From: Octopus sinensis
Taxonomy: Eukaryota
Direction: 5' to 3'
Length of the DNA stretch: 64,000 bases
Assembly (NCBI RefSeq): GCF_006345805.1
Contig: NC_043014.1
Span: 18,538,001 to 18,602,000 of the forward strand
The notes below the pieces were generated by a model that saw only the letters and a list, made by a program, of their open reading frames with translations, had not been told where the DNA came from and ran no database searches. The position numbers were made by a program, and so were the translations under genes. Positions 39,403 through 53,809 of the stretch are shown here, one piece after another. Numbering within the stretch: the stretch's first letter is position 1; each line of letters begins with the position of its first letter.

Positions 39403-39628
39403 TTTATTACCCACAAGGGGCTAAGCATAGAGGGGACAAACAAGGACAGACAAACGGATTACGTCGATTACATCGACTCCAGTGTATAACTGGTACTTAA
39501 TTTATCGACTTCGAAAGAATGAAAGGCAAAATCGACCTCGGCGGAATTTGAACTACGAACGTACCGGCAGACGAAATACGGCTACGCATTTTGCCCGGCG
39601 TGCTAACGTTTCTGCCAGCTCGCCGCCT
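39403..39628 (-). mobile_element. SINE family C, full length
   Basis: Reverse complement starts aggcggcgagctggcagaaacgttagcacgcc; tail ccccttgtgggtaataaaga. Confidence 0.88.
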
Positions 39629-40564
39629 TACACAATAGTAATGATGATGATCATGATGATCATGATCATGATGATGATGACGTTGATGATGATGGTGATC
39701 ATCATCATCATGATAATGATGATCTAACTACAAGGGCCGAAGGCGTTGGAAACATTGGAAAGGAGAAATAAAAAATAGGAGTAGGGCAATTCACGAAGAA
39801 TACAAAGGGGAAATCAATCATGAAATAAATTTTTTCTTTCTGAGTATTGATCTATGTAACGTAATATCTAATGATAATAATAATAATAATAAATATCGCA
39901 TTAATTGTAATAAGTTAATGATCATAAAAATAATAATATAATAATATTAACAATAAAAGTAGCAAATTCTTTTGTTGGATACAATAAAAAAATAGTAATA
40001 ATAGAGTTATAATAACGAACAAATAAATTTAGAAATAACAAGGCAACAACATAAATTATTAATAAAAATAAATGCCTTCTACGTCAAGGTATTCACCTTC
40101 CTTCGAGAGATTCAGTTTTAATATAATTTACTTCATATTTGTTTTATTATATCTTTCAAATGACTTAGAGATGCTCGCGTGTCATTCCTATCGGGAGAAC
40201 ATTGTATGAAAATGTCATCTGTTCATTTGGGACTTAAGCAACAACGTCTCAACCATTCATTGACTTCTATTTGCGCCTTTCTTCTTTCTTCCCTTCACTC
40301 ATTCATTATTTTCTCTTGCAAGGACAAGAAAGGAAAGAATCGTTTGGTGGGGGTTGGTAGATGCAACATATATTTATTATTCTGCCATATATTTTAATTC
40401 TCTCCCTCCGCCATCTCTCTTTTGACATACGCATGCACACAAATATGATTGTTATTACAGAACACTTTCATATAAAATATAGAGACAGCGATGCCGAGCT
40501 TGTTATAAAGTCTAAAACATACGGAAGAATAGACACACAAAATGTTTGTTTAGGCAAGATATTC

Positions 40565-40957
40565 TTTTCTAATCTAGGCAGAACACTCGAAATTTTAGGG
40601 GAGATGCCAGTCAATTAGATCGACCCCAGTGCGCAATTGGTACTTAATTTATCGACCTCGAAAGGATGAAAGGCTAGGTCAACTTCGGCGGAATTTGAAC
40701 TCAGAACGTAAAAACAGACGCAATACCTATTTCTTTACTACCAACAAGGGAATAAACAGAAGGGACGAACAAGGACAGACAAACGGATTAAGTAAATTAT
40801 ATCGACCTCAGTGCGTAACTGGTACGTATTTAGTTGACCCCGAAAGGAGAAAAGGCAAAGTCGACCTCGGCGGAATTTGACCTCAGAACGTGGCGGCAGA
40901 CAAAATACTGCTAAGTATTTCGCCCGGCGTGCTAACGGTTCTGGCAGCTCGCCACCT
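40565..40957 (-). mobile_element. Two adjacent SINE family C copies (one full, one 5'-truncated)
   Basis: The cggcggaatttga...cagaacgt core occurs at about 40687 and 40869. Confidence 0.85.
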
Positions 40958-41629
40958 TTATTTAGGGAAGATTATGTTACTATTCAGGTGTTATGGTTCT
41001 GTTGTTTTTCGTACAGAATTAACTCTGTACGAACACTGAAGTACTTACGTGGTTCTCTGTATATGTATTCGGTCCTAAATGCAGGACTCTACTCGCTGTT
41101 AGGGTGTAATAATTTACTTCCTTTTCATTGCGACAACTTTACTATCCTACATGACACCCATCGGTTTACGTGTGTTCGGAGTATATTCTTTAACGTATTT
41201 AGCTCGTACACATACATGTATGTTTTACGTGGAAAAAATGCGAGCAATAGTAATAATATTCTTAAACTTTGAAAAGTACAGTTATTACACTTGAAAAAGT
41301 TTAGGACAAGTTATTAAATCTGGTAAAGTACAGCACAAGAATATGTTTTCTTAAAATATTTGAGCTAAGGAAAAAATTTCAAATAAAATATTTAGATTTA
41401 GAAAATATCAGCTTTTATTAAAGCTAAACATTTTATTACAAGTTATTACTTCTATTTGTTACTTCTATTAAAAATAAAATAATAGTTCAAAATATTTTTT
41501 GCACTTTAAAAAAACTTCATTCTGATAATCATTAATTAATATCTAGTTAATTGATAATTAATAACTAATTTGATATTAATTTAATAATTTAATAATTGTT
41601 AATTAATATGCTTAATTATTATTTAATAT

Positions 41630-41748
41630 GCTTACGGCCATATCACGTTGAAAGCAGCGGTTCTCCTCCGATCACCGAAGTTAAGCAACTTCGAGCCTAG
41701 TTAGTACTTAGTTCGATGACCGCTTGGGAAACCTAAGTGCTGTAAGCG
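41630..41748 (+). pseudogene. Dispersed 5S rRNA gene copy, probably a pseudogene
   Basis: 119 nt, gcttacggccatatcacgttgaaag...gctgtaagcg. Helix I (GCUUACGGC/GCUGUAAGC) pairs. Box C region reads ttagttcgatga instead of the usual ttggatgggtga. No oligo-dT terminator follows; single copy. Confidence 0.9.
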
Positions 41749-44700
41749 TCACAAATTGTAGGAGTGACTGTGTGGTAAGTAACTCCAGCATAGTATAGAA
41801 CTATATTATTACCCTCAAATTTGAGAAACACTCATAACTTTTTTCTTTTAAAACTTGAAATTGATATCATGAAATTACTTGAGTTGAGATCTATCCTTTA
41901 AGCCTAATTAAAATATAGCTTTTTTTAAAAAAGAATTAATTGTTAATTATACTTAAATTCAATTTTTTGCCTTATTTATATTTTCTTTCATGGTATTTTT
42001 ACCTCACAATTTTTTTGATACAAATTTTTGTTGCATGGGACCAAAACTATAAAATTTATCATGCTTTCTACTATTATTGGAGCTAAGATAAATATATTTT
42101 GCTATTAAAATAAAAGACTTATTTAGATCTAAACTCAAATTAGGGCGTTACTTACTCTCCTATAACGTTGCTACAAATTTTGATGTAAAATTTTTCTACT
42201 GGACCAAATCAATTTTTTATACCAAATTGTAACTAAGAACCAGTCCTCTTCAGAAATAATAACAATGTTTAAGTTGGCTAAGAACTGAGTTAGCGACAAG
42301 CTATGAAAGATGGTGCTTGTGAGTAAATTGAGACCTTAAAAATATTACTCAACTAGTTCTGTAGTTGAATGATGCGCATATATATATCAAATGAAATAAA
42401 AAAACAGAACACAAAGGATGTCGCGGTACACGTGTTTCAAGCTTTATAAAAACAACATATTTTTACATCAATGTATAATCGACATAGAGGCTGGATTAAA
42501 GCTCTCTTCAGCCACATGCAATTGCTATACCAAAGACACACATCACATTATGAAAAATCCGAAAAGGTACATTTGGTATTATCTATAATGGTGGGTATAT
42601 TGAGTTTCACCGAGAAGGTATGTTTGTAAATCTTCATAACCAAATAGGTGTGTAGGGTATCATTGGACTTCGAAAATCCGTCCATACTGTATCATCAGTC
42701 CAACAGAATGTGACAGTCATATAAAGGACATATGTTACTGTTGTTTTAGCCCCAGGCAAACGAACAACAATGTGAAGATAGAAACTAAATTTTCACACAC
42801 ACACACATTTACACTGTTGTATAATTTCTTCTACGAGCTCCAAATTTTTCTTTGTATTTAACTTGTCATTGGTCAGTTACAACCCTGCGACGCTCATCTT
42901 TGTTCGAAATACTTGGGAGAATCGATGCAATAACTGCGCGTGAAAATCTCTGTTAAAAAGCATGTTGGCCAGTTGAGTCGGAAGAACCACTGGGTATTAT
43001 GTGGTATTACGTTCTTTTTTCAAATCCAACTGTTGTCTTGCATTTGGTTCAAATCAGAAGTCGCTATTAACTGGTTGGTCTTGTTATTTCCTTTTTTTTT
43101 TTGGTCAAAGATCAGCAATGATCGCGCTGAGATGCGACCAATATACGTATCCTCCTAAACGATCGTTTCTATATTTCGAAAGACGGTATTATCCAATAAG
43201 ATCTGCTTATTTATAAACAGTAAAACAAGTTTTACTGAATATTTCGCTGTTACTTTTAGCAACTCGAAAGATAATGTGGGGAATATCTCGTTGAAAGCTG
43301 GGCAATTAAGAATTTACAATACATCAAAATGGCTCCGATTAAGACCAATCTCTCTTTTACTGAAACATGTCAAAGGCTAGATTATTCATGTTTGAAAGAC
43401 ATTAGTTTGTGACTTCAACGAGAACTGGGTACTATATTTAACAGGTTGCACGACCACATAGTGGTTTGAAGAGACGGAACCATCAGTTTCGGATAAAATG
43501 TCTTCAAGTATTTAACCACTTCTCGTTCCCTTCCGTGTTGACTTTACCTTTCAAACTTCAATAGTCTATAAAATAAATAACAGTAAAAATAACGTGTTTG
43601 ATTTTACCGATTAGCCCCTTGTGATAAATTCGCATTCTTTTTCTTTCAGAGCTAAAAATACTTATATCGTTATATTCAAGTTGATAGCTTATACCATCAG
43701 CAGAATGAGGGGAATTTGGAGAATCGTTAAAATGTTTGGGAAATAGTCTTCATTAGTTGTCCGGCTATTTGCTTCATGTGATCAAATCCTACCAAAGTTG
43801 GTTTTGTTTTTGATCCTTTCAATCTCGATAAAATAAGGTATCAGTGAAATATTTGATTTGATTCTTGCTGTCCGTTAACTCTCTTAGAATTGGTTAGGTT
43901 GTCCAAGATTTCACTCGACGTTGGCATTCTAAAGACAAATTAAGCGACACATCGGTTAAAATACATTGCTGTCACAAGAACGAGAAAGAGCTGATTATGC
44001 AAAGGCGAGTAAATTGGAGGAAATCAAAAACTGATGAAATTCGTAAGACATTCAATAGAATGCTTTGTGACATATATCAACTTCATTACAAGTACTAGTC
44101 AAGTATTAGTGGGTATGCGATATTCTCTATAGGAATGCGCTTTGCCTACTGTTTAAATAACAGAGGTTACGATCATCATATTATATGTTCATTTCTCAGC
44201 CCGTTGGGCAAGACATTTTGCTTCATGTTACTCTAGTTTACTCAGCTGGCAAAAATGAATATTGATATTGATAAAGCACCCAGCCAGAATCATGATAGCG
44301 TCTCGGCTTTAAAGAGTCAATAGTTTCACCAAAAGCAGATAGGGCCAGCAGGGGGTTGTTATAGCTGATTATATTTAAAATAAAACAACATAAAATAATT
44401 TAGCCCACCCTTCAAAAATTATGTTATTTATAGACTTACGTAAGAAATCATTAAGATTCATTATAAACACGTCATTTCAAAAATGTAATATTTAATTTAG
44501 CTATCATCTTTCAAATTTTCCGTTTGCAGGCTTAGTTTTTATTAATGTATTTTTATCGGCTAGAATGCAAACTGTCATTGAAATTGTATAGATATTTTAG
44601 TTCCTATTAAAGTTGTTGGAATAACATTTGATAAAGTATGTTGGAATAACAACACATTAATAAATGGAGAAGAAGAAAAAGTCAATTGCACAAACTAGAA

Positions 44701-46165
44701 TAAAATATTGATTATTTATGAACTTAAGAACTTGTTGCTAAGGTATTAGTAGTCAGGTGTTGGTAGGGGAAGTCTGAATTTGCTTTTGAAGAAAATTGGG
44801 TGTGATCGTGATGACGATGGCGGTGGTGTTGTTAATGATGGCGGTAGCGAGGGACATTAAACACAAAGTGTAAACATTCATAAAAATACAGAAAAAGTAA
44901 CAACAACAAAGTGAACAATAAAGAAACGCATTACTTTGATAACCATGTGATGAAAAAAAATATATATAGAAAAACACGGATGAAAAAATTAAACGAAACC
45001 AATTCATAAAGATTAATTATCTTTGCTGTGGAGGTCGATAATCGTATTTCGAAGCTGCTCATTAAATCTTGAAGCTATTCCATCTTAAATAATATAGATA
45101 TCGGATGTTCACAGCAATAAAGAGCCAAACGATTTTTTCGCGGGTTACGAGTTCAGATCTGTTGCTGGTAGTTTATTCTATTTTATGAAACTGAACATAT
45201 TCTAATAAAAGGCTTGCACGGGGGAACGAAAGAAGAATACACTGAAAAAATACAAAAAAAAAACCCCACACAACTGACGCGGACATGCTCAAACCCTCAT
45301 CAGTTAACGATATTTAAATCATCTAAATATCAAGGTGAATAGCTGTACATCTGATTAGGAATGTCCAGCTCCTGAACCACTGAGCTGCACTAGGTTTATT
45401 TAAGTGTCACTTTGAAAAAAGCGCAAAACGTGGTAGGAACGTCCACTTCACAGGTCACAGGCCACCAATTAGTTCACCTAATTGTTACGGTGAACAGGAA
45501 GTAAAACAAACTGGGATTGCCCACCTATCAAGCCACCGTCGAGCTGTCAGTTCTCTTAGTTGTCAAATCAAATAATAAATTGGAGGTAGATGAATTTGGC
45601 ATAGTCTATTTCTCAGTCCACATTCCACTTGTTAGTTCTTTTTGCTATCAGGGTGAATAGGAGCTTGATAGTGGTTTAAAGTCAGAATGATCTTTTCTAG
45701 TACTACAGTCACCAGAAATTCACCATACTGTCAGTATGAATAGCTACCAGAAAAAATAGAGGTATATCCAGGTTCCATATCACAGTCCACCACTCAGTTT
45801 ACGGCTTATTTCAGTAGGACGTCAAAGTGAGACACAAGTTAGTGTATAAGAAAGATAGGAAAGAAGAAAGAGTGGGAGAGACAGAATGAGAGAGATGGGG
45901 AAGACAAAGAGGTAGGAAGGACGGATATAATGAAAAGTAGAACAAGAGACGATTCTACATGAACTTTATTCTACGATTAGATGTGCCGATGACGATGCTG
46001 TATATGCGACAAGAAACTCTTTTTACAATATATGCATGAATACACTCAAACACTATATTGGAGGTATAATGATGACGACAATGACGTCAGTGCATTCGCT
46101 GATAATTATCCATGCATAAACACACATGCATTTACGTACACACACACACACACACATATATATGT

Positions 46166-46428
46166 GGAGGCGCAATGGCCCACTGGTTAGAGCAGCGGAC
46201 TCGCGGTGGGAGGATCGCGGTTTCTATTCCCAGACCGGGTGTTGTGAGTATTTATTGAACGAAAACAACTAAAGCTCCACCACAACTTTCTCTCACTCTT
46301 TCTTCTGTTGGCCTGTTCGCTTAGCCAGCGAGGTGGCGTCATTTGAGAGCTAAAACAATGCGAAGCGCATTGTAACCAGCGATGTGTAGCAACATCTGAT
46401 AGCCTGATCGGTCACGTGGTCACGTGAT
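46166..46428 (+). mobile_element. tRNA-derived SINE (family B)
   Basis: Same head and body as 15726-16025, with an internal deletion. Confidence 0.8.
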
Positions 46429-46596
46429 ATATATATATATATATATATACTTTCACGTACATACCTTTCTATACGTCTACGCACGCATGCAATGTTGTCA
46501 AATTGCTAAGAATGCTATTTCACGATCTTAAAGGAGCTGTAATTCATTCTCATTGTGTAGCATCTTAGACAAGTGTTTTCTTCTCTTTATCGTAAA

Positions 46597-47989
46597 CGCA
46601 GACAAGGCTGTGTCATAAGAAGCTTTGGTTCACCCACACTGTGTGACATCTTGAGCAAATGTCTTCTACTATAGCGCCGGTTCCACCAAACATTTGTGAA
46701 TAGATTCGGTAGACGGATACTGAAAGAAGCCTGTCGTATATACAGGGATTGGAAAAAATAATGGAAACACCTTAAAATTTCAAACAAATATATTTTAATA
46801 TGGGATGCGAACGCCTTTGGCAGTATATTACAGCTTGAATTCTACGAGGTATGGACTCGTACAAAGTTTGAATTGTTTCCAAAGGAATGTTTGTCCATTC
46901 TTCAGCTAAAACAGTCTCCAGTTCTGGTAGTGATGATGGTGGAGGATATCGACTCCTTACTTGTTTTTCTAAAATGCACCATCAATGTTCAATAATATTG
47001 AGATCTTGCGACTGTGGTGGCCAGACAAGATGTTCAACTTCACTAGAATTTCCTCGTGTTATTCAGTTACAAATTTAGCTGTGTGAATTGGTGCGATACC
47101 ATCCTGAAGGATTGCGTTTCCCTCCGGAAACAGTTCCGCAACAATAGGATGAATTTGATCAAATAGAATGTTTAGATAATCTTGACTATTAATTCTGCCA
47201 TGAAGGGAAACCATTGGGCCGACGGATTTCTAAGATATAGCCCACCAGATCATCACAGATCCTCCTCCATGCAGTCTGGGTCAAATGCTTCTTTTAGCTG
47301 TCTCCACACTTATACTCGGCTGGTGGTCGGAAATAAGGTAATGGATGAAACGTCCAAGAAAATAACATTATTTCACTGCTCTAGGGAATAATTCTGTAAG
47401 ATTTTACTCCACTTTAAACGATTTGCAACGTTTGGTTTTGAAAGTAGTGGTTTTCTGATTGCAGCCCTCCCGTGAAATCCGGCTTTGTGCAGCTCCCGGC
47501 AAACAGTTTCTGTGGAAATTGGGTTCTCGAGGTGGTCATTAAGCTCTGCAGTAATTTTGGGAGCTGTACTTTTGTGATCCTTTCTAACTATTCGCGTAAA
47601 ATCCGATGGTCCCTATCTGAAAGTTTTGGGTTTTCTTCCGACGTTGTGTTTCGACGAGGAGGTTTTCCCTCTTTCTCAAAGGGTGTCATTACTTTCAAGG
47701 CAATACTTTTTGATATATTAAATATTTAGGCTGTTTTCAGTACGCTAGCGCCTGCCATACGAGCACCAACAATTTGACCCCTTTGAAAGTTCGATAGATA
47801 TGTCATTTTTATGAATTTTAATTACCGTTTTCTGATGATATCTGAAAAGAAACAACAATTTTAGCAAAACATATTAAATAACATTAATAATAAATAAAAA
47901 AAACATAAAAATAAACAAGCTATTGACGGTTTTATAGATATTTTAAAATTATGATGCTAGGTGTTTCCTTTATTTTGTCTAACCCCTGC

Positions 47990-48061
<72 letters not shown>

Positions 48062-48300
48062 GTGTGTGTGTGTTGTGTGTGTATGCGCGCGCATCTATGT
48101 GTCTGTGGTTGACAACTGGTGTTGGTGTGTTTACGTCCCAGTAACCTAGCGGTTCGGAAAAAAGAGACCAATAGAAGGAGTCCTAGGATTGATAAAAATA
48201 GTAGTGGGATCAAGTTATTCGACAAAATACTTTTCAATGCGGTGCCCCACCCTGGCCGCAATTGAATGGCTTTAACAAGTAAAAGAAATAATGACAAAAG
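46597..48300 (+). mobile_element. SINE family A split by a Tc1 insertion (5' half 46597-46742, 3' half about 48050-48300)
   Basis: The head to gaaagaagcctgtcgtata precedes the Tc1. The body ggtgtgtttacgtccc...ctagcggttcgg resumes after the (TA)n. Confidence 0.8.
46743..47988 (-). mobile_element. Tc1-family DNA transposon (DD34E), full length; pseudogenised transposase at 47806-46795
   Basis: 29-bp TIRs with 25/29 identity. MTYLSNFQRGQIVGARMAG, FLDVSSITLF, LQDGIAPIHTA and WPPQSQDLNIIEH, with stops and frameshifts. Confidence 0.93.
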
Positions 48301-48712
48301 ATAGCATCAAGTCCATTAAAACACTCTTTGTAAAATCGTTTGGGTGGAACCGTTGTTTGGATGGCAACAGAATAGGGCCTGACCGTGTCATAAATTGTAT
48401 TATAATTATCCTGCCTCAGAATTACATTTAGGATAAAGAAGTTCGTGGGATAATCAGCAAATTATACTCTTATTCAGTAGGTTATTCAGTTGCTCACACA
48501 ACTATAAGCTTCATCGTCGAAACCGTGTACACACACACACACACAGACTTACACAACCATACACGTGTGTATTACATATATTATTACATTTCGTCTGTAC
48601 GTCCTTTTGTTGCTTTATTATTTATGCTTAATGTTCGATCTGGCTATGTATGTATGCACACACACAAACACATACATATATATACATGTATGTATATGTA
48701 TACGTAATTGTT

Positions 48713-48766
<54 letters not shown>

Positions 48767-49549
48767 GGTGTGCTCATGTACATATATTTTAGTAGTAAAA
48801 ACTTAAGTGAGATAACGTGGTAGCGTTTAGTGAATTTTTCTATGCTTGTGTATGAATATCAGAAGGCATAATACTGGAAGGAAATGCCTCTCAAGTGGAC
48901 TTCAATAGGAAAACCAGGTCGAAATAGATAGCATTTGAGAATAACAGATCTGTAAATGTAAGACATTTTGGTATTAATTACAGACTATTAGGTTTTAGAT
49001 GATTCTAACTAAACCGTATATTGTCTAAACTTCAAACAATTCTCGCTTTTGTTGGAGCCCGGTTCTTGATATGAATGAAACATTTGACAATATGAGTATG
49101 ATATGAAGGCTTTTGATCATCAAGGCGGTAATATTATTTATACTACTAACAATAATAACTATACTAATAACCAGCTATACTAATAACTATATTAAAACGC
49201 AAACCACGCATCGGGATGTCTTCGGAATTACTACTAAACAATACATATCCCAGCCAATACAATGCGTAATCTATGAACATCCAAGTGAATCAATGTACAC
49301 CACTTACATCCTTGCGAATCCAACACCTAACTTTATAACACATTCCTCAAAAATCTCAGATACTACGCAATCGTAAAAAAATAACAAAATATATATCCCC
49401 GCAGAGCATATAAACTCCACAATCACCGACTACTGAAGACTAACTCCAAACACAACCCAAACATCACGCATTTTGCAGTAAAATACCTCAAATGAAATAT
49501 CGCAAAACTAACTCTTACATAACCCACAATCGATACTAGAGCATATATT

Positions 49550-49757
49550 GATTTCAATTTTTGGCACCAGGCCAGAAATTTCAGGGTAGGGGCTAAGTCG
49601 ATTACTTCGACCTACAACTGGTACTTGTTTTATTGACCTCCAGGAGGGTAAAAGCAACGTCGACCTTGGCGTAATGTAAACTCAGGAAGTAAAGACGGAC
49701 GAAATTCCGTTAAACATTTTGCCCGGTGTACTAACGATTCTGACAGCACGCCGCCCA
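49550..49757 (-). mobile_element. SINE family C, diverged
   Basis: Reverse complement has the ggcggcgtgctgtcagaatcgttagtacacc head and ggtcgacgttgct core. Confidence 0.8.
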
Positions 49758-50001
49758 CGATACTATGACGTATATTAACCACCATCAATAAACATATGAA
49801 TCATATTAGAGGCACAAACTTCACACTTTCCATACTCCAAATTCTTATTCAAATTTTTGGAGACTGTATATTCTTAATTTCCCCTCCTATTTCTTTACAA
49901 TTCTGGAATGAAACGGATATAATGGATCAATTAGTAAGCAACTTCGCTTTTCCTTGTCTATTATCGTTATGTCTGATTTACTATTTTCTAGTTTCTAATC
50001 C

Positions 50002-50087
<86 letters not shown>

Positions 50088-50119
50088 TAGATGAACTAGC
50101 TGGTCTATATCTGGCCCGA

Positions 50120-50837
50120 TACTACCATGGATAAGTTCCTGAAACCCCTGACCTGGTAGTGCCACTGAGGAGCATTGCTACTTCGAGATAAACTCTGCGG
50201 GTACGGAAGTGCTGCCGGGCTGGTGTGTTCGAGATGTTTTGCATGCACATGCTGCCCATATGTGGAGTCATGTCGAAAAGCGCTTATGATGCGTGAGACA
50301 AATTGGACTATCGGTGGAATCCAGTATGAAGATCACACCATCAACCACCTTTAGCAAAGCAGGACAGGCGGTGTCGTTCTGTCTAGTGGTGGAAGAGGAT
50401 GAAAGGATTGAGGAAAGACTTCTTTCTCTTTAGTCAACCTCTCATCGACTTTCATAAGGTCCACTAGGAAAGGGAACTGAAGGTGGAGACGGAAGTGCTA
50501 TATTTAAGCGAATTCGTGAAAAGATGTGGCAAGAATAGAATGAATAACCTTTCTCTATGCGCCTATAGATTGGAGAGCAGAAAAGAGGGTTCGTACCTTT
50601 GGTGGTCAGGATAATCTTGCTTCTGTGGAGTTCTGTGATTAGCTCTAACTGGAGTTTCTCCTGTTACAAGGGGGAATGAATCATTTATTTTATCACATTC
50701 TTTATATACTATGAATACTTTTAAGGCACTTCATTGCCCTTTCTATTTTTTCCTCCCCATCCTTTATGTAAATCCCCACAAAAATTTCTGTTCTAGGGAT
50801 CTCCGCCTCATCTATGCATCTATGACTAATAAAAGAA

Positions 50838-50840
<3 letters not shown>
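50120..50840 (+). mobile_element. 3' end of an L1/Tx1-like LINE
   Basis: ALLLRDKL...VLHAH..CP-like Zn-knuckle remnant and QPLIDF. Ends aataaaagaa followed by (ATT)n. Confidence 0.55.
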
Positions 50841-50920
<80 letters not shown>

Positions 50921-50921
<1 letters not shown>

Positions 50922-51467
50922 GAGCAGTGCATGACATCAAAGTGACACTGGGGTACAAATATACGAAGCCCGGTATACTCATCATGACAACCCGTCTGCT
51001 AAGGGTACACTAGGCACAAGCATCACAACCATATTTGCGCGACATGGTGATCTCATATCAAGATAAACAGCACATGACCTTGCAGGTGGGGCCCAGTTAG
51101 AATTTTCTTCTGGTCGAGTAACCCATCCCGCTCAAAAGGTCCCTGAATAAGGGTTGTTTAAGGATGTTGAACGAAACACCCACGTTTCCAAAGGGGAATT
51201 ATTCAAACCCCAAAGAATCCCTCTCTACACGTGGCTATGATGCTCCCCCACTACTTCTACTCATGATCAGAGATGCACATATCGTCAGCCACTAAGGGAC
51301 ATGCTCAACTGGTTAAGGTCAAACAACTGACAAGCAAATCTGTGGTATTGAGCAGAATATATGTTGTAGCCCATCTTTTATACTAAGACAAAACAATGTA
51401 CATAATAACACTTCCAATCAGTTAAGATCAGAAGCCACGAGAGCCACTGCCTGGTACTGCATTAGGG

Positions 51468-51471
<4 letters not shown>
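50921..51471 (-). repeat. TAA-flanked about 600-bp repeat family, full copy
   Basis: Reverse complement of 11848-12975 without the mariner insert. (TAA)n on both sides. Confidence 0.9.
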
Positions 51472-51542
<71 letters not shown>

Positions 51543-51963
51543 GATTGATATTATTAGCTGCTATTGTAACTACACCATCTATAGTAACGTCGAATACGTC
51601 GGTCTTAATTAAATATATCAAAATTGATTATAAACTAAAGTGAACATATATGCTGTGTGTTAATGGCCATTGCAAAAGACGGAAGATCAGGAAATTGACG
51701 TCTGTTGAAAATAATGTTAAGATTGATATCATTGGGTGTTAAATTTAATCTTGGGGTGAATACCTCATCTCGTTTATTTCTAACATTTAGTATTTGTCAA
51801 TATATGTATATTCAAGATTGTCCATCAAACACGTACACAGACATATGTATACATGCATGCATACAAACATACATACATACATACATACATACACACATAC
51901 ATACATTAAGACATACATATATTTCTCTCTCCCTTCCTCTCTGTCTCTGTCTCTCTCTCACAC

Positions 51964-52071
<108 letters not shown>

Positions 52072-52220
52072 CATACATACATACATACATATGTATATGT
52101 ATATCATATATATATATTCACACAGGAAGAGTGGAGTCACGTACGGATTTACGTAGATACATATGGACATAGAAATCTGAAACAGATGTATATACTGACA
52201 CAATCCGAATAAAAATCTGC

Positions 52221-52268
<48 letters not shown>

Positions 52269-52404
52269 TTAAATGCATACACAGACACACAGACACTCAA
52301 ACACGCACATACGCATATATACACACATACATATATATATATATGTATATGTATATACATATATACACATAAATATATATGTATGCCTGTGCAGATGTAT
52401 GCCT

Positions 52405-52435
<31 letters not shown>

Positions 52436-52497
52436 CATACATACATACATACATATATATGTAAATATACATATATGCATAGATATATAGTATGCAG

Positions 52498-52577
<80 letters not shown>

Positions 52578-53041
52578 ATATATACATACATTTCATACAA
52601 CTCGTACGCCACTTGTGTACACGTCTTATGAAATCAGACGTTGTGATTATCGAATATTCATGCACAAAGATTTGTATACAAATACGTCTTGAAAATTACT
52701 CGGGTCGTGTCTATTCATTAAATCTTCTGGTGAGTCGAAATAATTTCCAGAAAATTTAAAATCATTTGTAATGTCTTTCATTACATAAATTCTATGGTTA
52801 CGTGTTATACACAAAAATACTCTGTATTAGTCTGGGTAATTTGCGTGACACTAAACATATAAATACACCATACTGATGATGATGATGACGATGATGATGA
52901 TGATAATGACGACGACGATGATGATGACGATGATAATAAGAGAGGGAGAAAGAGATAGATGCATATGTATGTTGTTATATTATGATAATAATCATTGTAG
53001 TAGTAGTATTAGTAGCAATAGTAGTAGTAGCAGTAGTAGTT

Positions 53042-53084
<43 letters not shown>

Positions 53085-53087
53085 CAA

Positions 53088-53134
<47 letters not shown>

Positions 53135-53809
53135 ATGCTTTCAAATTTTAGCACAAGTCCAGCGATATTCAAGGTAGGGTTACATCGAATACAACGACTC
53201 AGGTGTTTAAATATGTACCAGGTGAGCCCTGGGGCGATATATTCAACTTACCCTGTTCCCTAAATATTACTAGACTTCATGTCAAAATTTGAAAGTACTT
53301 TTCCTCCTCCTCCTCCCCCTCCCTCCTCGTATCCCTCCTCCTCACCTCCTTATCATCATAATCATCATCAGTTTTACTGTTTTAGTTGTTTGTATTATTA
53401 TTGTTGTCTCGGTGGTGATTGTTTCAGCGGTGTGTCACTTCCTGTTGCTCTTTGGTTTCTTAATCTCTCAGTGTTCAAAATTTGGGAATTGTTGAAATTT
53501 TGTTATATACATTGGTAGCCTTCGACATCAATTCTTAACGGTTTCCACATACGCCGACACAGTTCTCTCCTACAGAAAACCATTCCCATCATCATATTTA
53601 GCTTCGCCAAAAATAGATCGAAATCCAATACGTAATGAAGTGACGATAAACAGTAATCCAATAGCTGATTGCTATCTAAAGCTTGTTGGCTTCGAATGAC
53701 AATTAATCTAGAAGTACCAATCTGATTTCAAAACTAGTTGAGCAAGGCTTTCCGATTTGATGGTGAATCTTGCTAAATATGGTGTCTTAATACTGGTTGG
53801 TGATAACCT

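Noticed and set aside
41200-42330. Very AT-rich tract around the 5S copy considered as a mitochondrial insertion or foreign DNA
   Set aside because: No mitochondrial gene or tRNA motif recognised; composition alone is not evidence.
44753-45007. 84-aa hydrophobic, Cys-rich minus-strand ORF
   Set aside because: Arises from a T-rich low-complexity strand; no recognisable motif or convincing splice context.
52638-52729. Possible exon ending in a gtgagt donor
   Set aside because: Weak acceptor with no pyrimidine tract and no recognisable peptide.
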